A DNA stretch of 56,615 nt, filler included, from Dugesia japonica (lineage: Eukaryota): NCBI GenBank assembly GCA_001938525.1. It is 6 parts of 6 records of this genome, joined end to end, with 100 filler letters (N's around TTAATTAATTAA, not from the genome) between each part and the next. Parts side by side here need not be neighbours in the genome. Positions count along the whole stretch, not along the records: positions 9,683 to 18,626 come from MQRL01446847.1; positions 18,727 to 30,391 come from MQRL01605117.1; 4 more parts are not named here. One strand, given 5' to 3'. The notes below the pieces were generated by a model. The model saw nothing but the letters and a program-made list of their open reading frames with translations, made no database searches and was not told where the DNA came from. Positions 12,895-27,200 of the stretch are shown piece after piece (the first letter of the stretch is position 1; every line of letters begins with the position of its first letter). A program made the position numbers and the translations under genes.

Positions 12895-13066
12895 AATTAT
12901 AGCGAGAATAAGTTTTGGATGTAACCATTGATCGCTTTGCAGAATTCATTAAAATAAAAGGTTCGATCAAAATTTTTTTGTTTTTGATTATAATTCTAAT
13001 TTTTGACTGTCTCCTCCAAGAAAGTCAATTCCTGACGACGATAGTCAAAAATTAGAGTTATTATCA
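12895..13066. mobile_element. Fold-back element with a degenerate hammerhead core (Penelope pLTR-like family)
   Basis: aaagtcaattcCTGACGAcgatagtcAAAA at ~13021-13050, with an inverted partner at ~12990-13015. The upstream gcgagaataa..ggatgtaaccattgatcg block is shared with the other family members. Confidence 0.6.
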
Positions 13067-13407
13067 GTTAGATTTTGTATTTCAAATATAGACATTTTTA
13101 AAGTTTTATTAAAATATAATAAATCAATAATATTTAAACAAATATGTTTAAATATTATATCTAACATCCCTCCATTTTTATCCTTTTGAACATATGTTTT
13201 TTAGCCAGATGTAAAAAAAAATTTCAATCCTAATGTAAACTGTGAAATTGACACCGTAGGTGTGAACTTTCACACCTTAATCTAAACATATAAAAGTTTT
13301 TCATATAAAAAATTTTCATATCGTCTGAAAGAATCTAAAGCATGTATTTCGCGAAGTAGTGCTTGAAACATCTTGAAATTTAATAAATTGAACCGGCATT
13401 TTCTAAA

Positions 13408-13980
13408 TTGGTCCTTTCAGAGACTTCAAATAAACAGGATTCGCTGAATAATAAGTTTAATATTCAATCTGCTATTAGTAAATTTATTAACAAGAATAAA
13501 CGCCTTAATTTTAAGGATGAAAAAATATTGAAACGATTAAAAAAGAAAGATTTTAGCAATTGTAAATTTGATAAAGGCAATGGATTAATGATCATGAACA
13601 AGAATGATTATAATAGTAAAATGATCATGATATTGAATACAAATAAATTTGAAAGATTAAACCTAAGAAAGAATAGCGTATCATCACCAATTAATGATGA
13701 AAATCGATTATTAAAAATTTTAAATAAATTAAAAAAAAGAAATCTTATAGATAGTTTAATTTCAAATTCTATGTTATGATATGGAAGTCAGCCTGCAAAG
13801 CTTTATGGCTTACCAAAAGTACATAAACCTGACGTCCCTTTAAGACCAGTTTTAGCAATTATAAACACAGCGCAATACAAAGTTGCTAAAGTACTTGACA
13901 AAATGCTTAAACCATTAACATGTAATGATAGAGAATGTAAGGATACCTTTGAATTCGTAAATTGCTTAAAAAATAAACAA
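13408..13980 (+). mobile_element. Penelope-like retroelement reverse transcriptase N-terminal fragment
   Basis: KFDKGNGLMIMNKNDY (DKG motif), then after a stop GSQPAKLYGLPKVHKPDVPLRPVL and YKVAKVLDKMLKPL..KDTFEFV. Confidence 0.92.
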
Positions 13981-14452
13981 TAACTGTACAAGAATTGCAA
14001 ATCCTTTTACCACTACATTATCAAGAAGATATCCCTAAATTTGGAGATCTGGTCGGCAAATAAAACAATATAACCATCCAGAGAGATATAATATTCATCA
14101 GTCAGATACAAAACAATATGTTCACAGCGAGAATAGTAAACCGGTCAAAAACAGATAGAGATAATAAGCAACAGCACTTTATTAACGAACTAAGATTTTT
14201 CAAAAATAGAATCAAGGTCCAAGATCGATTTGAATTTGTCAAGAAGTTCCGTACGAACTAAAACGCTTCAAAATTCAACCTGCTCCATCATCGAAATATA
14301 TTATCACCTAGACTATATTACAAATCGGCCGTTATCACAACCTTCTCGTTGACAGTAACCAACAATTACCAATATTTGAAGTTTCATATTAATTCATCGC
14401 GGAAGTTCAATCTATAACATCAGAAATTGTGAAAACAGGGCAAGCAATCTTA

Positions 14453-15940
14453 TACTGATGGTCAAATGTTTTGACATACCTAGTATTTTTATAAACGAAG
14501 TTTAATCAGAATACTTTTCTAATTTATTTTGTATGGATATAAAATTCTTTTTTAAAATATCTTAAAATTTTTTAATTAAATATACTTGTTTATATAATAT
14601 TGTCATATATAGTAAATGTTGAATTTATTTAAAAGTTAAATTTTTTGACACAGCAAGTTTAAAATTTATTTAGTAATTTTTTAAGTTTAAGTAAACTTAT
14701 ATTTAAAAGTATATTAGATTCTACTTCAATAATGCACAATAAATTTGAAAGAAAACGGTCCATTCAATGGAGAACAGAAGGGCTTAGTTATTTGGCCATT
14801 GGGACAAGGTTGAATATTACACGCAACGCAGCCTGCAATTTATGCGTCTACAGATTAAAAAGAATTAAGATGAAGACAGGACCGAAGTTAAAAAAGGATA
14901 AGGTGTCTAAGTAGCGCGTAAAAAGAAAGATTTTTGTTCTTAATGAAAACAGAAAAGATAGATGCAACGAAATTAATAAAAGAATGTGATTTAGATGCAT
15001 CAAGAAATACGGTACAGAAATATTTAAGGAAAACTGGTTTTATATACAAAGTAATATCATCCCAAATTCATTTGACAGCCGTTCAAAAGCAATTTCGTAT
15101 GCAAGGTACAAGATCATGGATTTCGTTAAATCCTAATTGGGATCTCACAATTTTTTCTGACGAGAAGCGGTTTTCTTTGGATGGTCCAAATGATTGGAGA
15201 TCCTATGTATACAAATCATCGCCAAGTTATCGTATTAAGAGGCAGTGCAAAGGTGGAAGCGTCATGGTATGGATGATGAAAATACCAAACGGTTTGCTAT
15301 CTTTCAAGTTCTTCAAAGGAAACATAAATTCTGATGGATACATTAAGCTTTTTTCAGAAAGTGCTGTGTCCATAATAAAATAAAATTATAGAGAAAATTG
15401 GTGGCTGCAGGAGGATCATTATTCGGTGCACAAAAGTAAGAAAGTGATGGAATTCATGAAGAAATCAGGTATATAAGTATTGGAATGGCCGGTAAAAAGC
15501 TCAGATCTGAATATTGTTGAGGACTGCTGGAAAACAATATCAGATCTGGTCTACGATGGAAACCAGTTCAATGGTAAGGATGGTTTAGTTGAAAAAATCA
15601 CTGCCGTCATAAATCGTCTTAATGTTAACAAGCGATAAAAAGTTATTGATTTATACAAGTCAATTAGACGTTACTTATGTACAGTATTAGAAAAGCATGG
15701 TGATTTGTATAATCGTTAGGTTTTTCCCATAAATAAATAAGTTTGTCAAAATATTTGACTTTTAAATAAATTCAAAATTTACTAAATATGACTATATTAT
15801 ATAAACAAGTATATTTTATTAAAAACTTTTAAGATATTTTAAATAAGAATTTTATATCCATACAAATAAATTAGAAAATTATTTTGATTAAACATCGATT
15901 ATAAAAATATTAGGTGTGTCAAAAGATTTGGCCATCAGCA
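14453..15940 (+). mobile_element. Full-length Tc1-family (DD34E) transposon with ~200-bp TIRs; transposase pseudogene ~14732-15719
   Basis: TA|TACTGATGGTCAAATGTTTTGACATAC... is mirrored by ...GTGTGTCAAAAGATTTGGCCATCAGCA|TA over ~200 bp. Motifs IFSDEKRFSLDGPND, GGSVMVW, WLQED..SVH and WPVKSSDLNIVEDCW. Stops and frameshifts present. Confidence 0.95.
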
Positions 15941-18839
15941 TATATGTTGGCCATATATGCCAATATGGCACTATTCACTACCATCAAAATTATCAATCCA
16001 AAGCTCTTAGGTGATTTACCCAAATACACCAGCTTATTCAAACATTGCGAGGAAACCCTAAGAAAAGAGAAGAGAGAACAACAAGAACTGAAACAAATTG
16101 CTGACCACTGCAAAAATCAAAGAGTAAAGAACCAAAATCTATAATTTGGTCAAACAACGACAACCACTAGAGATATTTCCAAGACCTACGTTCCCATGCC
16201 TCACCATACCAAATATCGAGGAGGAATTCAACCCTTGCATATTCAACGAACCTTGCTTTAATACAATCACCTCTGGATTGTATGACTTGGTATGCCTATT
16301 CTTAACACACAAACATAAATACACAAGCACAACACAGAAATAAATACTCGATTGATAGTCAATCAGCTCGAAACCTGCAATGCAAAAAATCAATATTCGG
16401 ATCAATATTCAATCAATATGCAACCAAAGAAATCAGACTAAATAAACTATTGTGATTATTAAATCTTGACATTTGTTGGGAACCCACCTGAGTTAGTTGT
16501 ATTGAAAAATAGCTGGGGGGAAAATCAGCCCTCAGAGGACCTGTCCGAGAATTTGCCTAATGCCCATAATTAAGTTATCGGTACAGAGCGGTTGACTTCC
16601 ATCACTTACTCGAAGTGCTCACTCGTATACTTTTATTTTAGGTTCATTATTTCCCCAGTACTTTAATTGTTAATAGTAAAACAAACATAGACGTGATTAA
16701 TGATAAAATTTTGAATCACATCAAATTTAACGCTTCGGAGTCAAGCCACTAGGCGGGCTCACCATTCGCAAAATCGAAGGTGGCTACATCATCGTCGCTG
16801 TTTCAGCGAACCCAAGTCTCTGGTTCGCGACGGTTGGATAAGTCAGCAATGTACTGCTGAAAGAAATCAATCTTATGAGTGAGGATTTGTTTAGCTTGTT
16901 CCACCAGTTTACCATGTTTCTTGACGATAATGTGTAACTTTTTTATTAAACGATTTCTCTGTGTAAGGCGACGCAATAGTGCTCGTTCATTTTGACGTTC
17001 AATATTTTACTTAAATTTCACTAAATGATAAAGAGAGTGAGTTAATTTAAGTAAAAATAAATGGTTGCAATAAGTTGATCTCCCCTAATAAAATATGAAA
17101 AGTACGACAAATTGAGTTATTAAAAATACATGGTGAATTTTATCTGGACAAAAACGTGATTAATCAGAAAATTTATTGATTAAAATATAAAACAACAACA
17201 TTATACAGCACCATCCAAATCAACTTCCCATGGTAGAAGGTACAACTACTAAAAACATTGGAGGTCCGTCTCGTCCGGGTGCAGAATAAGAGTTGGAACT
17301 AAAATGTACCCGATCAACTGCCTTAGGTTGATGGCTTTTCTTTCTTTATGAATTAAGTGTAAGATGTGCCTTAATTCTGCTGACATGTTCTAAATGAATA
17401 CAATGATTAATCAAAATCTTATTCGAAATTTCATGTATCATAACAGTTAGGACCCTCCGAACCGCAAGCAATATGGTTCCTACCTATCAAAGTTGGTGAT
17501 AAAATGAACTCCAATGTTATTAGTAACAGTAATAAGTACACTGGTGATAATAATAATGACAATAAGGGTAATAATGAGAACCACAATCGCTACAATTCTG
17601 TTAGATAGGATAGTAATAAGAAAAGGGGTTAGGTATATTATTCATAGCAGTAGTCATAATGATTCTTAATAATAATAATATTAATAAGCGCAGCAATAAT
17701 AATGATTCTTAAAATAATAATATTAATGATAACAGTTATAATAACGGTATTGATGGTTTTAACACCCGCAACGTTTTAACAACATTTATACTAGTGGCAC
17801 AAAACACTAGTAAAATACTGGAATCGTGGAGTACTAATAATGCTAGCAATAAACCTAACTTATTCATTAAAATGTGGTTGAAGTATTAATAGTTACCGCC
17901 ACATCTTTATTATAGTGATGAGAATAATAACGAGATAGAAAACGTATCGATAAGTGTGAATAAAAGGGGATAATATTAATACTAATAATAATAATGCTAA
18001 CAAGGATAATAATCATATTAGTGACATAATGATTAATAATAGGGGTGATTGTGATAATTGCTATAATAATATTCACTTGAACTTATTATGACTTGTCTTC
18101 GCTGTAACATGACGAATGTTAACTGTGATGCTATGCAAAAATCCATTCGACTAATAGTGATAATTATCCGTAGTCATCAAGTTATTTTCTATTAGACTGT
18201 AATGTTATCTTACAATACAATATGAATGCAACTCAGATGCAACACAATTGCAACACACCAACACGTGTCTGGAAATTTTTTTAAAACTACTCAAACCAGT
18301 AAAATAAAGCAATAATCTAAAATAAACCTCTCCCATATAGCGTAACTATGTAAATAATACAAACTAGAAATGGTAACTAAGTAAATACTCGGCAGCCATG
18401 TAAATAATAAAATAATTTTTAAACATCTATATTTTATTCATTTTATATTAACATAATTATAACAATTACAATTATGATAATATAAAATTAAAAAATCAAT
18501 ATGATTATTGATTTTTTAATTTCTTATTATAATAATTGTAATTAATATAATGATGCTAATATGAATTAGCATTCTTAATTTTAAATGCAATTAAGATATT
18601 AAAATTAAAAAATCAATAATGAATTGNNNNNNNNNNNNNNNNNNNNNNNNNNNNNNNNNNNNNNNNNNNNTTAATTAATTAANNNNNNNNNNNNNNNNNN
18701 NNNNNNNNNNNNNNNNNNNNNNNNNNACATATATATTTATTTATTTTTCAGCCTTATAATTTTTAAAATTTTATATTTTAAAAATTTCAAAAAAACCAAT
18801 TTTAATATTAAATATAAAAATAAAAAAATCTCAGACATC

Positions 18840-19255
18840 TGAAATTCATGAATGTACTCACAGTACATAATACCTAAAAAAAGAATTGAAATTCAAATAT
18901 TATGGTAAAACCATCACACCGGTTTTTTTAAAATATGCAGATATTGAAGATATTCTCATACCAGAGAAAGATGGTAGTCTAATAAGGCATTTACCAATAG
19001 CCGTAGAGCTTTTATTGATTCTGTTATTTGATACCATAATGAAATACAAGTACTATTTGTTTTCCGATTCAAATTTTATGGTCGAAGTTTTACAATGTAT
19101 TGATGACTTGTAAAAGAATGTAGTGAGCTCTTGGTACAAGAAAACTATGTGTGTGGAAATGAACTTGACAACAACAGAACAAGAGACATTTACGAAAAGC
19201 ACACATTGCTATATTTGTGGAAGCAATAAAAACAATTTGCTTCGTGATCATGATT
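18840..19255 (+). mobile_element. Polinton pPolB N-terminal fragment (exo I plus start of the endonuclease VII-like Zn domain)
   Basis: KFKYYGKTITPVFLKYADIEDIL (cf. FKN..KQ...PFVIYADFESIL), RHLPIA, then THCYICG..LLRDHD. Confidence 0.8.
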
Positions 19256-21559
19256 TTGCGTTATTTATTAAAATTTAAAATAAACTGAATTAATGTAATA
19301 CTTTTCAAAATGCTGATATTTTTTATTTTTCGTTTCGAATATAAATTTTTAAATTTACTTTTAAAAAGACAAATTTATATTCATAGTTTTTATTTTGCGA
19401 ATAAATCTTTTATGGAAGCTAGTTTTGAATTCAATTCTTCGAAGAAATTCTCCAAACTCATCTAACAATATATTTGATAATTGTGTATGGCTTCGAGATT
19501 TGTGATGTTTTAAATCTTTTCTCTTGGCTATCTCTTTTTTCTTCTTCTGTTCTTGCTAGATATTGATTACATCGTGGTATCTGCTAAGAATAGATATCTC
19601 AAAGCCGGCAGAAATTTGACGATTATTTGCGGGACTATGTGGTATCCCGTTTTGTGATTTTAATTTCGACTTATTCGGCTGCAGTTACTCTTGTGCTGTT
19701 TAATTTCATTACTTTTCAGGAATTATCATTGATAAAACTTTTTTAGAATAAAAAGTTCGTTATTCATCCAGGTTGATAACCTCTTTAACACTTTCCTTCA
19801 CTACATCATTGATCATCTTCGATGCCTGTGTTAGTGTTTGCACAGTTTCTATGAAAACGCTTTCTCTGTCTGCATAAGACTTCTTGATATCAGCCATCAT
19901 TCGGCATGTCTGTGAGAGAGCGATATCTTTGTATTTTTCTCCCGGAGCAGATTTTTCTTTCGTTTGATTTTTATTATCTTGATTTGACCTGGCATTTGCA
20001 TAGCAAGATTTTAATTATGATTATCAAATTCAATTAGTAAAATGTGCTTTGTAAAACTGATAATCGATCCGAACATGGTAATCTTATGGCAAATTTAAAT
20101 TTACTAAATCCTTATTAATTTAGAGACTATATTTTTCTTAAGCAGGTATTTGATCGCTCATTGCACGAGACTGAACCGAGAATGGATGACTCTGTCCCAA
20201 CTCAACAGTTTAATATCAGAACATAATCGTTTAATTTCTTTTCATTTATTATTAATCATTTCAAGATGCTCTAGGTTCGACCACTACCATGAATGATCCT
20301 ACCGTTGCTTTTTTCATTGCGTCGTTATAATGGTATCTTTGAACGCAACATGAGTACTTTGCCGGATAAAAGCAAATATTAATAAATATAAATGTTATCA
20401 TTAAATATTATAAAAATTATGAATGAAATAGTAAAGCGTGAGAATTATTAAGAGAATTAGTCCAGAACATAATTATCAGCTATGAAGTAATGAAATAAAT
20501 TTATAATTTATGGAATAATAATAATGTAATAATAAAGAATACACAAAATTAAACTCGAATGAATATAACCTAAATAATTGTGATAACAATATTTATAAAA
20601 CGAAATTAGTTTATTCAGTGACGAAAAAATGAAATAGAAATTAAATCATGACAAGCAAATAAAATTAGGTCAATATTTTCCTCAAATGATGACAACATTA
20701 TCTCATTTCAATACTAACAAACGATAATAAATGCAACATGAATCTTAGTAAAAAAGGATCAACCACCTCTGCTCGTAATCATTGACTTTCATAACATCAG
20801 TCTCAACCCCTTCGAATTTATAATATACATCACTCATCAATCTCTTAAGTTAATAACGATTTTATAATCAACAGCTTTTAATCTCAGTAACCTTATTTCA
20901 TACTTATTTTTCTTTTTTTCAACATTATATTGTACTTGTCTCATCACATATTCAACATGCTTTACTCGCAGTCGTTTTTTGTCACTACTTATTTCATCAC
21001 ATAATCTGCATCATATTATTTCAGAAATCTTATTGCATTTCAACACTTTTATTAGTGATGTTTCACTAGTTTTTGTAGAAGAGTTTTTCTTTTGTGATGT
21101 CATTCACTTTTCACTGGGTATTAGCTCTTAGTTGTTGCTATAAACCCGAATGAAGAGTGGGTGATCTCGCATTTTATTTAAAGCATATAAATATAATAAG
21201 CAAAGTTTAATTCAAATTCCTTTTCATTTTGAACGATAATTATACTGAGAATTGCTACTTAAAAGTTCTGTTGAATCGACTAATAAGAGCTGAAAATTTC
21301 AAATTTTTTAAGATTCTTTTAAATAAATTTTCATTTGCTTTTATACCTTATTGTATTGTCAAATGTTTGAAAAATACAGTAGGTGTTCACTTCAAATTTT
21401 TACAAAAATTTCTGAAACGTGCGGTGCTTGCTCGCAGATTCGTTATAGGTGTCCTAATTTTAATATTTTTATTGTGAAGCGCTGTTTTCCTTTAGACTTG
21501 TAGAACGATCGGCGCTCACTCAATGTTCATACAGCGATTTATTTTATACTGCATTCAAT

Positions 21560-21930
21560 TACTGGAATGGAATTACAGATTTCAACGCCGTATCATCATA
21601 CTGCAAATGGAAAAATAGAGTGGCAGTTCATAAGAATAATAGATTAATGCAACGAAGTAGAAAATAGCACAAAAGACTCCAGCGGAATTAATGATAGAGT
21701 ATTAGTCAGGAAATTGTTGGAGAAACAGAGGAAAAGGATAGTAGTTAAAACAACATTAAGAATATGACTCGAAGACACTTTCAGGTTGAAGAGTGGATTT
21801 AAGTCAGGTGTTAAGGTGGCGATAGGAGTAAATAAAATGTCAGACTATATCAAGTACTAGAAGAGTGGCACGAGAAGAGATACAGAGCAAAATAGAAAGT
21901 TCTGTAAAAGGTTAGAAACGTCTTAAAGGA
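21560..21930 (+). mobile_element. Gypsy integrase C-terminal remnant
   Basis: GMELQISTPYHHTANGKIEWQF, later R.FQVEE, resembling the integrase at 7.7-8.1 kb. Confidence 0.7.
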
Positions 21931-22428
21931 GATCTATGGAAATTTTTATATGAAGAAAAGATTATGTTGTTTTGATATTCATTTGATTTTCAAAAAAAGT
22001 AAGTTTTGAAAAGCTGGAAAATTGTGAAGTTAGTATTTTCTCCAATTTCTACCTGTGAGCCTTAGATTTTATTTTCATTGTAAATTTTAATGTTGTAAAC
22101 TTAAATATTAGTAGTTACAATTATTTGCTTTTATTATTAATATTTTTTTAATATTTGAGTAATTATTTTGATTAAAACATGATGAAGGAACATACGATAG
22201 AAAGTGAGATATAAACGGCTTACAATAACTATGAATTGAATTGGATAAAATGAATATATTTATATAAAATGGCTAGGAGTTTTATGAAATGTAAATATTT
22301 CACATTTTGCCGACAACATGAGCATTTGTGTTTTCTTTAATTTTATTTTTTTATATTGTTTAAATAATATCTAATTCTGTATTTATATGATTTCGCAGCT
22401 TTAAATTACAAGAATTTCCAAGTAAACA

Positions 22429-22781
22429 ATGGATGACAAAACTGGAAAAGGTTATAGAGAGATTTAATTCAATTATTGATATTATTCTTAGATACACATC
22501 TTCCACCACTTTTTCCATCTCAAATAAGTAAACTTCAATATGACACATGCTATTCTCTTTTGAATAGATCGATAGTAAATGCTGCTGCCATAATCGAAAA
22601 AGAAAATGAAATAAAACGTAAATCACTTGATCGAAGTAAATTGTTAACGCAAAAATGGAATATCGGTTCAAAAAGTTTTATTCATAATAACAGCATGTAT
22701 TTGATCCCAAATATTATTTGGCCATCTTCAGCATTGTTCACTCCTGAAATTGGAAAATCAAAAATATTTGATTATATCACA
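22429..22781 (+). CDS. Putative first two coding exons of an unidentified host gene (22429-22450 + 22492-22781)
   Basis: ATG at 22429. A 41-nt GT..AG intron (22451-22491) joins in frame to give MDDKTGKDTHLPPLFPSQISKLQY...KIFDYIT, followed by a GTTAGT donor at 22782. The frame is stop-free with no TE motifs. Confidence 0.5.
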
Positions 22782-24989
22782 GTTAGTTAAGATTATTATT
22801 ATTATATTGTTGTTTTAAGTCGTATTTGATTTAATAGAAAAATTTACAATTACATACAGTTTTTAAGTTGTCTATTATTTTGTGTTATTACTTTATTTTG
22901 GTTTTAAAATTTTAAATTAAAAATTAAATTATATTTTAAATGTTTTTATTTATTCGGTTCATCATATGTCATAGGTTTATTGGATTTATGAAGCTCAGTG
23001 TTGCATTCAACTCGAATGGGATTTTAACGGTTTTCTGAGGATTTATTTGATATTNTAGGGTTATTATGTTTGTAAAGAATTTGGTAACGCTAAATTTTAN
23101 CGGCGTAAAATCAAATTTTTAATTTTTTTTAATATTTTATTTGATTATGAACGCGAGAGGAAGACCTTGCACACTTTTCAGTGCAATTTAATGAACAAAA
23201 TCTACTNAAAATCGACTCATTTCATTTATTTTATTCCTATTGGCTCCTTCTTACTATCTGTTTGAATTTGATTGGACAGTGGTGCAACTTACGGATTTTT
23301 TCTTTCTCTTATCCAATTTTTCTAGATAATTAATTTCTGCATTTAATTTCTTGTTTGCTCTGCTAGATAATTGTTTTTTTCTATTTTATTTCCGACTTTG
23401 TTGAAAATTGCTGTAATTTTCGGTAAATATTTCCCTGTTTTTGTTCTTTTTTGGATGGAAATTGCTGGGCAATTAGTAAGATTATTTTGCCTTTTGTCTT
23501 GTATTATCACTGTTATTATTTGTTGGTTTATTCAAGATCTTTGTTGGGATAGAAAACCTCAAAATAGAATCGACAATTTAGAGTAGGTTGAAAAGGAAGC
23601 TGGGAAACGAAAAGAAGATAAAAACTCGGGAATAAGAAGCATGAAGCAAGAATTTGTCTAAGAAGTAATTTAAAGACAAAGAGAAATCAACTGTAAATAA
23701 CATTGAAAGGAAAGGAGAAAAACTAGAAGAACTGATGGAATAATAAGAAAAATGACAGAAGAAATATAACAAGGAAAGGTAGATGACGAAATGATAGTAT
23801 AAAGAAGCTGCAAATAGCGAATCGGTCAAAGAATCAGGGCCAAATATTTTGAACTTATTCAATAATCTCAATTTCTCTATGTTGCGATCGGGATTCAAAT
23901 TGGTGTTTGACTTAAGATTTCTCATTAAATTCAATTGGGGATTGTTTTTAGATTAATTTAACAAGAAGGCAAGATTTTTACCGTTTTTTCCCCGGTTTTT
24001 TCCGCAATTTTTAATATTCGTGTTCCAAATGTTCCATTATCGATTTTTCTCGATCGGTTCCTCGATAAACTTATAAAAAGTGTATAAACGTATCTTAGTT
24101 TAATCTTTGACAGAAAATACTTTCAAATGAAGATTCCTCCGATGTTGATGGTCTTATGGCGACAATTGCACTGTCTGATTGGTGGAATGTTGTTAGACAT
24201 TACCACACCAATTAGACTTTAACGGAGATTTATAAACTTAGATCTGAATTAAAAGCTTCTTGTAATAATAAATTTATCGTAACTGGGGACGGAGAGATGA
24301 TTCCCACAGAAATCCAGGTGTGTCGGAACATCGGTTTTGTCCGATAATTTTCTATATAAAATGATCAAAAGTGTAAGAACTGTTCTTCTCAGTTTAATCT
24401 TTGATGCAAAATAATTAAAATTAATTATGATTAGATTAATTAGTCTTAAAAAAATTTATTTTTCATTTCATTATTTTTCACGTGTTTTAAAATTAAAACA
24501 ATTTCTTAAAATATTTAACTGATTTTTATATTCAAATGTGCTCTGGAATGACAAACGATTTTACAATAATTTATGATGCCATAAACATTGATAGACGACT
24601 AAATGTAAACANCCCACCTATGTATACTCACCGTATGGATGTATTTCTTTATCTAAACGTAATTTGTGTTATTTTAATAATCCTACTAAAGGATAGGAAT
24701 AGGTTACTTGATGCTTACATGAATTTTCTGTGAATTTGCTTACGAAGAGGCGTATTATTTTTAGTAGCCAAATTTCTTAATACATCCCTGGAAAGAATTA
24801 ATTAAGAAGAATAAAGAATAATAAACTAAATTAATAATTAACGACAAAAGGAATACATAAAATGAATTATTTATGGAATGAAACGCTGATGGGAATCGGA
24901 TTAAGAGATTAGTTGAAAAGAAAATAAAAAAAACAATGAATTTTATTAAAATAAAATTAAATCATTCAAATTAAAATAATATTAAAAGC

Positions 24990-27200
24990 GATATGTTTTG
25001 TTTGAATGAAGTTATTTTTAGTCCTTATAAAGATAAGTTGGCGAATATAGGGGTTGTAGCTGCGAATATTGTGTCTTATGTTAGAGGAACTGATAAAATC
25101 TCAGTAAGAATAATTAACTTAAAAAATAAAGATATTACAATGTTTAGAAATACGAGATTAGGTTGTATTGAGATTGTAGATGATACAAAAGATAATATTG
25201 GAAATATTAATAGAATATATCAAGATACTGGGATGGAGCATATCCGATGTATTACGGATATGATTATGAACAGACATTAAGTTGATATCGATAAAAATGC
25301 AAAAAATACTGTATTAAAGATAATAACAGAATTCAAAGCTATATTTAGTAAAAATAATTATGATATCGGATATTGTCCAATTTTAAAACACGAAATAGAT
25401 GTCATTGATCCTAAATCTAATGCCCAACCATTACGAAGAGCTCCTCTTCATCTAGAAAGTAAAATTGACGAGATGATCAAAGAGCTTAAACAAAATGGAA
25501 TTATACGCGAGAGTTCAAGTCCGAGGTCTTCATCTATTCTGGTTGTTCAAAAGAAATCTGGAGACATTAGGTTATGTATTGACTATAGAAAATTAAACTC
25601 AGTTTGCTAACAGATCTATACATTCTATTCCAGATAACTAATTGTTGTTTGATTCACTTGCGTGATCAAGATTATTTAGTGCATTTTATTTATCTAGTAA
25701 TTATAACAATGTAGAAATAAGTGACAAAGTCAGAGGAAAAACAGCTTTTGCTAAACGAAAAGGTCAGTATAAATTTAATTGCATGCCTTTTGGGATGTGT
25801 GGAGCAACAGAAACTTTTCAAAGATTAAGAAGAAAAAAAGAGAAGAAAAGTTTGATAATTGCTTAATATATCTCGACGATATTTTGATTTTCGGGAAAAG
25901 CATAAAGGAACACAATGAAAGACTGAAAACGGTGATAGAGTAGATACGGTAGTCAGAAGTTAAGTTATTTCCCAAGAAATGCGTTTTGTTGAAAACTTCA
26001 GTAAAATATTTGGGTCACATAATATCAAGCAAAGCAGTGACAACTGATCCAGAAAAAATTAGTGCAGAAAAGTTTTGCAGTATTTCTAATACAAATGAAG
26101 AATTATCAAGTTTTCTTGTGCTTTGCAATTATTACAGAAAATTTATTTGGGGATATGCCAAAATTGTTAAAACTCTAGAAGATTTGATAAGAGATGCAAA
26201 CATCACGATAAACAGAAAATAGGTAGATTTAACATGGGAAGAATTTCATAAGGAATCTTTCGAAAATCTGAAACATGCTCTCACAAGCGTACTATTTTTA
26301 TCGATTTCAAATAGGAATGATATTTTTGTATTGAATACAGATGCTAGTCACTTCGCAATGTGAGCAGTTTTAAGTCAAATGCATGATAACAAAGAAAAAG
26401 TAATATGCTATGGATCTAAAAAGTTTTTAAAGGCAAAAAAAATGTATTGTATCACCAGGAAAAAACTCATGGTAGTTTTTTACTTTGTGAAGATATACTA
26501 TTGTGAAGAAATTTATTATTCACACAGACCATAAGAGTTTAATATGGATGTTGAATTGGAAAAGATCAAATACATCACAGTACTGCTCCAGGATTGATGA
26601 ACTAAGTATATATGATTTTGAAATTAAGCATCAAAAATGAAAATTACATGCAAACGCCGATGCACTTTCTAGAGAATTTCAATGCGAAAAATATGAAGTA
26701 AAACATATAGACCCAAAAACTAGACGAAATGTCAAAGTTCAACAAAAGCGATTAAGATAATGAAGATTATCGACAAATCAATGAATTAAAAGATGCCCAT
26801 AAAGAGTATAATGAAATGAAAATTAATGACATTTTACAATATTTTTACGGTCGATTAGGCCATGCAAACAATAAAAAAAACTTTGACTAATATCAAGAGA
26901 TACCATGAATGGATAAACATGGAAAACGATACGTAGAAATTTGTGACAAATTGTATGCCATGTGTTGAGAGAAAGAGAAAAATAAGTTGGGATACAATAT
27001 CAAAATTTCTTTTACAGCGACAGAACCATTTGAAAAAATATGTTGCGATATAATGGGACCACTACCAAATTCCGAGGGATATTCATATATTTTACGAATC
27101 ACCGATGTTTTTTCTAGGTGTATAGTGTTAATACCATTGAAGGGTATTTCTGCAAAGGAAGTTATCGAAATGATATTAGAAAGATGGATAGCGTACTTTA
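24990..27200 (+). mobile_element. Ty3/Gypsy pol remnant (RT, RNase H, integrase)
   Basis: GIIRESSSPRSSSILVVQKKSGDIRLCIDYRKLN, KTAF, MPFG, CLIYLDDILIFG, VKYLGHIIS, FVLNTDASHFA, HTDHKSL, HANADALSR and PFEKICCDIMGPLP. Confidence 0.95.
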
